Of a DNA stretch of 64,000 nucleotides, positions 18,533 through 25,800 are shown one piece after another. Each line of letters opens with the position of its first letter. The stretch's first letter is position 1. The DNA comes from Candidatus Aldehydirespiratoraceae bacterium (GTDB lineage: Bacteria > Actinomycetota > Acidimicrobiia > Acidimicrobiales > Aldehydirespiratoraceae), in the NCBI GenBank assembly GCA_965249055.1, contig CBDFKX010000002.1:2957800-3021799 (forward strand). The letters are read 5' to 3'. The notes under the pieces are model-generated. The model worked only from the letters and a program-made list of their open reading frames with translations. It did no database searches and was not told where the DNA came from. A program made the translations under genes and the position numbers.

Positions 18533-18646
18533 CGGAGGCCGAGCGGATTGAGTCCAACTTGGCTGCCTTGGCGCGAGGCCGTGGCCCGAGCGGCCCAGTG
18601 AGCGCAGCGAACAAGAGCGGGAGACGACGTGTATTGACGCACGTTC

Positions 18647-19549
18647 TTAAACAAACCGATCTTCGGGTGTTAGCCGGGCACCGTTGCGCCAGGCGAATGC
18701 AACCTGCCGTGCTCGGCCTTGCGCTTGCACTTCAAGCAAATCAATTCGTCCCTCGCCGGTAGCAACCGACACACCGCTGATCGATCCCGGCAAAGCGGCA
18801 GGCGTTGCTTCAGCAACAGGAGCATCAGCTACAGCGGTACGCCAGATCTTGAAATGTTGGTTGCGAAAGGTTGTCCAAGCGCCTCCGACTCGCACTTGCC
18901 GGTGAATCTGAACCGCCGGTTGTGACCAGTCGATATGACGATCCGCCGAGGTGATCTTGGCAGCGTAGACCGGTTCACCAAGTTGCGGTTCTGGCGGACC
19001 AAGCCCCTCAGCAAGCGCGTCGATCAACACTTCGGTGCCAAGCTTTACCAGCCGCGCTCTCAATGCGCCGCATTCTTCTTCGGGGTCGATCGGCGTTTCG
19101 GCTCGTCGATAAACGGCTCCGGCGTCGAGACCCTCGGAAACCGCCATTAAACACACTCCGGTCACTTCATCGCCGGCAAGGATTGCCCGCTCCACTGGTG
19201 CAGCCCCGCGCCAACGCGGCAACAGCGAGAAATGAAGATTGACCATCGACACCTGTTCGAGCGCCGATGGCGGGATGATTTCACCGTAAGCGACCACTAC
19301 ACCGAGATCGGCGGTGATTCCCGCCAAGTCTTCGAGATCGTCGCTCACGTCCAAACCAAGATCAAGGGCAGCAGCTTTCACGGGGCTTGGCTGAAAGGAC
19401 ACGCCTCGTCCTCGTCGGGTGTCGGGGCGTGACACGACCAATGCGATCTCGTAACCAGCGTCACAAAGTGCACGCAAGGGCGGCACTGCGGTGGCGGGCG
19501 TGCCGAGATAGACAATGCGCTGAACCTCCGCCGGTGGCGGAATGGTCAC
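18647..19549 (-). CDS. fmt: methionyl-tRNA formyltransferase
   Basis: 300 aa, NLHFSLLPRWRGAAPVERAI. Overlaps def by 4 nt. Confidence 0.9.
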   Translation of the reverse strand: MTIPPPAEVQRIVYLGTPATAVPPLRALCDAGYEIALVVSRPDTRRGRGVSFQPSPVKAAALDLGLDVSDDLEDLAGITADLGVVVAYGEIIPPSALEQVSMVNLHFSLLPRWRGAAPVERAILAGDEVTGVCLMAVSEGLDAGAVYRRAETPIDPEEECGALRARLVKLGTEVLIDALAEGLGPPEPQLGEPVYAAKITSADRHIDWSQPAVQIHRQVRVGGAWTTFRNQHFKIWRTAVADAPVAEATPAALPGSISGVSVATGEGRIDLLEVQAQGRARQVAFAWRNGARLTPEDRFV

Positions 19550-20133
19550 GGCAGCCTTAGACCTTCGCGGGCACGGTTACTCGGCGGTACGGTGCTTGCC
19601 GATCCAGTGCTTGCCGATCCAGTGCTTGTCGATGAGGGCATGGCCTCAGCCATTTGCAGGTCGCGGATTGCCTTCAGCGCGGTCTTGCGAGTGTCGGAGT
19701 CGAGTCGCTCGATCAGCAAGGTACCGTCGAGATGGTCGATTTCGTGTTGGAACAGGCGAGCCTCGAGTTCGTCCACCTCGAAGGACATTTCGTTGCCGTC
19801 GAGATCACGGCCAACCAGGTGGACTGTTTTTGGGCGAACTATTTCCCAGGTCAAACCCGGAACCGAGAGGCAACCCTCGTCATAGAGCCATTCGCCGTCG
19901 GATTCAACAATTTCAGGGTTGACGATAACCCGAGGTCCTTCACCCATGTCCCAAACAAACAACCGCTTCTGCACCCCAACCTGCGGAGCAGCAAGCCCAA
20001 TCCCTGGCGCCTCATACATGGTTTCGATCATGTCGTCTGCAAGACGCACCAGCGCGCCATCAATATCGTTGACCTGGCGCGCTTTCTGGCGCAAGACAGG
20101 GTCTCCAATGACACGAATGTCGTAACTAGCCAC
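19546..20133 (-). CDS. def: peptide deformylase with Ser/Thr/Gly-repeat C-terminal tail
   Basis: Motifs GIGLAAPQ, EGCLSVPG and QHEIDHLDG. The tail is ...SSTSTGSASTGSASTV. Confidence 0.9.
   Translation of the reverse strand: MASYDIRVIGDPVLRQKARQVNDIDGALVRLADDMIETMYEAPGIGLAAPQVGVQKRLFVWDMGEGPRVIVNPEIVESDGEWLYDEGCLSVPGLTWEIVRPKTVHLVGRDLDGNEMSFEVDELEARLFQHEIDHLDGTLLIERLDSDTRKTALKAIRDLQMAEAMPSSTSTGSASTGSASTVPPSNRAREGLRLP
19591..19635. repeat. 15-bp tandem repeat x3 inside the def 3' end
   Basis: GGTGCTTGCCGATCC / AGTGCTTGCCGATCC / AGTGCTTGTCGATGA. In frame, it encodes the (STGSA)-type tail. Confidence 0.9.
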
Positions 20134-20181
20134 CAGCTCAGGTTAGCGGGCGGATTCACTTGCAAACTCGAACTCAAGACC

Positions 20182-20826
20182 GTGGCTGCCAACGCGCCGC
20201 CGAGTACGGTCGAAGCTGTGGGGACCGCGCACTATTTTGATCAGGAGCCGACGGCGGCATCGAAGCCTGCGCCAGTAGAGATCAACCTCTTTGACGTGTC
20301 TGTGACCCTCACATCGGACCGGGGAGTGTTTTCGCAAGACCGGCTCGACCCTGGCACCAAATTACTGTTGACAGAAGCTCCTCCGGTCGACGACAACGCG
20401 GTGACACTCGACATTGGCTGCGGTTGGGGTCCGATTGCCTGCGTCACGGCGTTGCGAACCGGCGACGTGCGAATCTGGGCCATAGACACCAACACACGGG
20501 CCCGGACCCTGACCGAGATCAATGCCCGAGCAATAGGTGCTGCTGATCGCATCACCGTGGCGTCACCCGCCGAGGTCCCAGCGGGTGTTCGCTTTGATCG
20601 AATCTTATCCAACCCGCCGATTCGGATCGGCAAATCGGCGTTGCATCAACTGCTTGAGAGTTGGCTCAGCCGCTTGAACCCCGACGGTCAAGCTCATCTT
20701 GTTGTGCAAAAGCATCTGGGCAGCGATTCTTTGAATCGTTGGCTGATAGACCAAGGATTCCCAACAATTCGGTTGGTCAGTCGCTCGGGTTATCGCATAC
20801 TCGAAGTCAACCCACGGGAGGACTAG
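20182..20826 (+). CDS. class I SAM-dependent methyltransferase (RsmC/RsmD-like small-domain type)
   Basis: HYFDQEP..., SAM motif LDIGCGWGPIA and NPPIRIG motif. The start is uncertain (GTG at 20182 or 20218). The 5' part of track ORF 19654..20826 is antisense to def. Confidence 0.7.
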   Translation: MAANAPPSTVEAVGTAHYFDQEPTAASKPAPVEINLFDVSVTLTSDRGVFSQDRLDPGTKLLLTEAPPVDDNAVTLDIGCGWGPIACVTALRTGDVRIWAIDTNTRARTLTEINARAIGAADRITVASPAEVPAGVRFDRILSNPPIRIGKSALHQLLESWLSRLNPDGQAHLVVQKHLGSDSLNRWLIDQGFPTIRLVSRSGYRILEVNPRED

Positions 20827-21362
20827 TGGCACAACTCGATGGCACTGGCATGAAACGGCTTCACCGGTCATGGCGCCAGCGCACCACCGGCCGCGTCGCC
20901 TTGATCCTCGACGGCGTAGCCAACCCATTCAATGTCGGGTCGATTGTTCGCACGGCTGCTGCGCAGAGAGTAGACCACCTGTGGATCGCCTCGGGCACTG
21001 CCCCGGACCACGACAAGGTCGACAAAACGGCGCTCGGAAGCGCCCGATATCTGAGTTGGACGGAGATCGATTCGGGTCCCGCGGCAGTAACCGCGGCACG
21101 AGCCAACGGCTATCGCGTCGTGGCGGTCGAACTCACCAGCGATGCTCTGCCGTTGCACGACACCGATCTAGCAGGCGACATCGCTTTGGTGATCGGCCAT
21201 GAGGATCGAGGGATCACACCAGCGACGCTCGCCGTCTGCGACAGCGTCGCCTTCATTCCCCAACTCGGCAAAGTCGGCTCGCTCAACGTAGCAATCGCAA
21301 CCGCAATCGCCCTCTACGAGACCCGCCGCACCAACTGGACCGCTTATGGGCAGCTTGGTTGA
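20826..21362 (+). CDS. TrmH/SpoU family RNA methyltransferase
   Basis: LILDGVANPFNVGSIVRTAAA, VIGHEDRGI and GSLNVAIATAIALYE. Start is GTG 20826 (overlapping the upstream stop) or ATG 20850. Confidence 0.75.
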   Translation: MAQLDGTGMKRLHRSWRQRTTGRVALILDGVANPFNVGSIVRTAAAQRVDHLWIASGTAPDHDKVDKTALGSARYLSWTEIDSGPAAVTAARANGYRVVAVELTSDALPLHDTDLAGDIALVIGHEDRGITPATLAVCDSVAFIPQLGKVGSLNVAIATAIALYETRRTNWTAYGQLG

Positions 21363-21432
21363 TGCCAGCACCCATAGATCGTCCATGACCCACGAGAGGC
21401 CGCGCACCGTTGTTGAGCCGTCAGCGGCGGAA

Positions 21433-21463
21433 CCGACGTCGTAGTCGTCGGGGCTTTGTTGTC
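21433..21463 (+). terminator. weak candidate intrinsic terminator
   Basis: CCGACG-TCGTAGT-CGTCGG hairpin (21433-21451) followed by GGCTTTGTTGTC. The stem is only 6 bp and the T-tract is interrupted. Confidence 0.25.
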
Positions 21464-21527
21464 AATGCACGTGAACCCGACGGGGATGCCTCCCAATGCT
21501 CTGCACGCCGCGGCTGACTCGCACAAC

Positions 21528-21743
21528 TCATGAGGTCGCCCAGACCCGCCACAACACTGCTTCGATCTCAGCGACGAGCGGATCGTAGATCTCCAGCGTC
21601 TGGGCGGGCCCCCGGCAGACCCAACAGTGACACACGGCACCGTTCGGCCGCGGCCCACGGCTGTTGCGACCACGAGTGGCCGGGATGCTGGTATTCGCCG
21701 CCGTTAACAGAAGCCAGAAAATGCTCAGCACATATTGAGTCAA
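21528..21743 (-). CDS. hypothetical small protein (N-terminal hydrophobic helix, CHCWVC motif)
   Basis: 71 codons with a TTG start. Third-position GC is about 73% by my count, consistent with coding. Divergent from the arsR-arsC gene. No family recognised. Confidence 0.25.
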   Translation of the reverse strand: MTQYVLSIFWLLLTAANTSIPATRGRNSRGPRPNGAVCHCWVCRGPAQTLEIYDPLVAEIEAVLWRVWATS

Positions 21744-21763
21744 CAGCTGCGGATCGATAGTAT
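21735..21763 (+). promoter_or_regulatory. candidate promoter giving a leaderless arsR-arsC transcript
   Basis: TTGAGT (21735-21740), a 17-nt spacer, then TAGTAT (21758-21763). The ATG at 21770 lies 6 nt after the -10 element and has no Shine-Dalgarno. Confidence 0.3.
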
Positions 21764-21769
21764 CGGCCT

Positions 21770-22435
21770 ATGCAGACCGATCTGATCCGGCGGGCCGAGG
21801 TGCACGCGGCTCTGGGGGATCCGGTGCGGTTGGCCATGGTGGAGGATCTGGCCGCGAGCGACTGGTCGCCCGGAGAGCTTTCGATCCGCCACGGATTGGC
21901 CGGCAACCTGCTGGCTCACCATCTGGGCAGGCTGGCGCAGGCCGGCCTGGTGGAGAGGCTCATCTCCGGCGGGGACCGGCGCCGCCGCTACGTTCGGCTC
22001 AGACGCGAGGGGCTGTCCGACCTCGCGATCGGGGCTGTCCGCCCGGACGGCCGTGTGCTGTTCGTGTGCACCTGCAATTCGGCCCGTTCCCAGATGGCGG
22101 CCGCGCTCTGGCACGACCTGGTGGGCACCCCCGCCGCCTCGGCCGGTACCCGCCCGGCGGAGCGGGTGCATCCCGGCGCCGTGGCCGCCGCCGGGCGGGC
22201 TGGAATTAACCTCGCGGATACCTCGCCCACACAGCTCGACGGCGCTCTGCACGCCGATTTGACCGTCACCGTGTGCGATCGGGCCCACGAGGACCTGAAT
22301 CCGCCTGCGTCCTGGTGGCACTGGTCGATACCTGACCCGGTGGCCGAAGGCGCAGACGCAGCCTTCGAGTCGGCCTTGTGGACCCTCGACGACCGGATCC
22401 GATCGCTCGCCCGATCTTCCCTACCCGCAAGCTGA
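21770..22435 (+). CDS. ArsR-family HTH regulator fused to a low-molecular-weight-phosphatase-type arsenate reductase
   Basis: N-terminus LGDPVRLAMVEDL...SPGELSIRHGLAGNLLAHHLGRLAQAGLV (ArsR wHTH). C-terminus VLFVCTCNSARSQMAAALW (CX5R P-loop) ...TVTVCDRA. Confidence 0.8.
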   Translation: MQTDLIRRAEVHAALGDPVRLAMVEDLAASDWSPGELSIRHGLAGNLLAHHLGRLAQAGLVERLISGGDRRRRYVRLRREGLSDLAIGAVRPDGRVLFVCTCNSARSQMAAALWHDLVGTPAASAGTRPAERVHPGAVAAAGRAGINLADTSPTQLDGALHADLTVTVCDRAHEDLNPPASWWHWSIPDPVAEGADAAFESALWTLDDRIRSLARSSLPAS

Positions 22436-22449
22436 ATGAAAGGAGGCCC

Positions 22450-22875
22450 ATGACCACCGCAGCGAGTGCCCGGCCGGGGTTCCTCACGCGGACGGTCCAG
22501 CTCATCACTGTGCGCAACGCCGGGCGCTCTCAGATGGCGGCTGGCTGCCTGCGGCAGATGAGGGGCGAGCGGATCGACTTTTTTACCGGCGGCTTCGACC
22601 CTGGCCACAACACCGAAAAGGTGGTCGTGGCGGTCATGGCCGAGGAGGGCATCGGCATCTGCAGCGAGTACCCGAAGCCCTGCACCGATGAGATCGCCCG
22701 GGCCGCGGACGTGATGGTCACCACGGGCTGCGGTGGTGCCTGTCCGGTGCGACCCGGCGAACGCTATAGGCGCTGGGTGTTGGAAGATCCCTCCGACCAG
22801 CCCATCGAGGTCGTGACGGGCGTCCGCGACGAGATCAAGAGCCAGGTCGAAGCCCTGCTGGCCATCCTGAAGTAG
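22450..22875 (+). CDS. ArsC-like (LMW-PTPase family) protein lacking the P-loop cysteine
   Basis: AAGGAGG lies 4 nt upstream of ATG 22450. LITVRNAGRSQMAAG aligns with the canonical actinobacterial FVCVHNAGRSQMAAG, with Thr in place of Cys. The TTGCGGACP block is retained. Confidence 0.75.
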   Translation: MTTAASARPGFLTRTVQLITVRNAGRSQMAAGCLRQMRGERIDFFTGGFDPGHNTEKVVVAVMAEEGIGICSEYPKPCTDEIARAADVMVTTGCGGACPVRPGERYRRWVLEDPSDQPIEVVTGVRDEIKSQVEALLAILK

Positions 22876-22876
22876 T

Positions 22877-25800
22877 GTGATGCGGCGGATCGCTCCCATA
22901 GTGCTGGGCTTGGCCATCGCGATCGCAGTGGCGGGGGGTTGGCTGCTCGGCACTGACCGGGCCGCGGCGACAAGCCATCTGAGATTTGACCCGGCCCCGG
23001 CGGGCCTGGAGTGGACGGCGGGGTTCGCGAACTCCGATGTGCTGGCGGAGGGCACTGGGGGCACGGGCACGCTGTCGTACACGTTGCTGCAGAACGACGG
23101 GTCCGGCGGCACGCAGGCGCTGCCGACGGGGTTCAGGTTCGTTGGGGCAAACCGGAGGCTGTCGAGCACTACGGACGTGAGCACGGCCAACTCTCCGTAT
23201 TCGTTGGTGTACACGGTGACCGACGACAACCAGGTGTCGGCGACGGCGACGTTCACGGTGACGGTCAACGAGGCGCCGTTGGTTTCTCCGGGTGATTTGG
23301 GGTGGACAGCGAAGCATGCGAACTCCGATATGCTGCCTGCGGCGTCGGGGGGCACGGAGCCTTTGTCGTACACGTTGCTGGGGGAGCGCGACTCGACGCT
23401 GCCGACGGGGTTCTCGTTCGACGAGTCGGAGCGGAAGCTGACGAGCACTGATACTGTCGACACGGGCAACTATTCGTTGGTGTACACGGTGACCGACGAC
23501 AACGAGGCGTCGTATTCGGCGACGTTCAAGGTGACGGTGGCCGCGGCTGTGGAGCTGGTTTCTGATGATCCGGGTGATTTGGGGTGGACAGCGGGGCATG
23601 CGAACACGGCGGTGACGCTGCCTGCGGGCACTGGGGGCACGGGCACGCTGTCGTACTCGGTGGTGGAGTTCGGCACGGATGCGCTGCCGACGGGGTTCGT
23701 GTTCAACTCGTCGGATCGGAAGTTGTCGAGCACTACGGACGTGAGCACGGCCAACTCTCCGTATTCGTTGGTGTACACGGTGACCGACGACAACGAGGCG
23801 TCGTATTCGGCGGATTTCGATGTGACGGTCAACGAAGCTGTGTCGCTGGTTTCTGATGATCCGGGTGATTTGGGGTGGACAGCGGGGCATGCGAACACGG
23901 CGGTGACGCTGCCTGCGGGCACTGGGGGCACGGGCACGCTGTCGTACTCGGTGGTGGAGTTCGGCACGGATGCGCTGCCGACGGGGTTCGTGTTCAACTC
24001 GTCGGATCGGAAGTTGTCGAGCACTACGGACGTGAGCACGGCCAACTCTCCGTATTCGTTGGTGTACACGGTGACCGACGACAACGAGGCGTCGTATTCG
24101 GCGGATTTCGATGTGACGGTCAACGAAGCTGTGTCGCTGGTTTCTGATGATCCGGGTGATTTGGGGTGGACGGCGGGGCATGCGAACACGGCGGTGACGC
24201 TGCCTGCGGGCACTGGGGGCACGGGCACGCTGTCGTACACGTTGGTGGAGTTCGGCACGGATGCGGCTGCCGACGGGGTTCGTGTTCGACGAGTCGGATC
24301 GGGAGTTGTCGAGCACTACGGACTGTGAGCACGGCCGACTCTCCGTATTCGTTGGTGTACACGGTGACCGACGACAACGAGGCGTCGTATTCGGCGACGT
24401 TCAAGGTGACGGTGGCCGCGGCTGTGTCGCTGGTTTCTGATGATCCGGGTGATTTGGGGTGGACAGCGGGGCATGCGAACACGGCGGTGACGTTGCCTGC
24501 GGGCACTGGGGGCACGGGCACGCTGTCGTACTCGTTGAAGTGGAGTTCGGCACGGATGCGCTGCCGACGGGGTTCGTGTTCAACGGAGTCGGATCGGAAG
24601 TTGTCGAGCACTACGGACTGTGAGCACGGCCAACTCTCCGTATTCGTTGGTGTACACGGTGACCGACGACAACGAGGCGTCGTATTCGGCGGATTTCGAC
24701 GGTGACGGTCAACGAAGCTGTGTCGCTGGTTTCTGATGTTCCGGGTGATTTGGGGTGGACGGCGGGGCATGCGAACACGCCGGTGACGTTGCCTGCGGGC
24801 GTCTGGGGGCACGGGCACGCTGTCGTACACGTTGGTGGAGTTCGGCACGGATGGGGCTGCCGACGGGGTTCGTGTTCGACGAGTCGTCGCGGGAGTTGTC
24901 GAGCACTACGGACTGTGAGCACGGCCGACTCTCCGTATTCGTTGGTGTACACGGTGACCGACGACAACGAGGCGTCGTATTCGGCGACGTTCAAGGTGAC
25001 GGTGGCCGCGGCTGTGTCGCTGGTTTCTGATGATCCGGGTGATTTGGGGTGGACAGCGGGGCATGCGAACACGCCGGTGACGTTGCCTGCGGGCGTCTGG
25101 GGGCACGGGCACGCTGTCGTACTCGTTGAAGTGGAGTTCGGCACGGGTGCTGCTGCCGACGGGGTTCGTGTTCAACGGAGTCGGATCGGCAGTTGTCGAG
25201 CACTACGGACTGTGAGCACGCCAACTCTCCGTATTCGTTGGTGTACACGGTGACAGACGACAACGAGGCGTCGTATTCGGCGGATTTCGCGGTGACGGTC
25301 AACGAAGCTGTGTCGCTGGTTTCTGATGTTCCGGGTGATTTGGGGTGGACGGCGGGGCATGCGAACACGCCGGTGACGCTGCCTGCGGGCGTCTGGGGGC
25401 ACGGGCACGCTGTCGTACACGTTGGTGGAGTTCGGCACGGATGGGGCTGCCGACGGGGTTCGTGTTCGACGAGTCGTCGCGGGAGTTGTCGAGCACTACG
25501 GACTGTGAGCACGGCCGACTCTCCGTATTCGTTGGTGTACACGGTGACCGACGACAACGAGGCGTCGTATTCGGCGACGTTCAAGGTGACGGTGCAACGT
25601 GGCTGTGTCGCTGGTTTCTGATGATCCGGGTGATTTGGGGTGGACAGCGGGGCATGCGAACACGCCGGTGACGTTGCCTGAGGCGCACGGGGGGCACGGC
25701 GCACTTTGTCGTATTCGGTGGTGGAGTTGTCGGCACGGGTCGCTGCTGCCGACAGGTTTGGTGTTCACGGAGTCGTCGCAGCAGTTGTCGAGCACGACGG

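Noticed and set aside
19654-20181. 5' part of the 390-aa plus-strand ORF 19654..20826
   Set aside because: It lies antisense to peptide deformylase. Only the last ~215 codons show methyltransferase motifs, so the gene is started at 20182 or 20218.
21988-24316. Two 493-aa minus-strand ORFs (21988..23469 and 22835..24316) antisense to the ars genes and the repeat array
   Set aside because: They are extremely Arg-rich and periodic only because they mirror the sense-strand repeats. The sense strand has a signal peptide, a coherent domain repeat and SLH-like modules.
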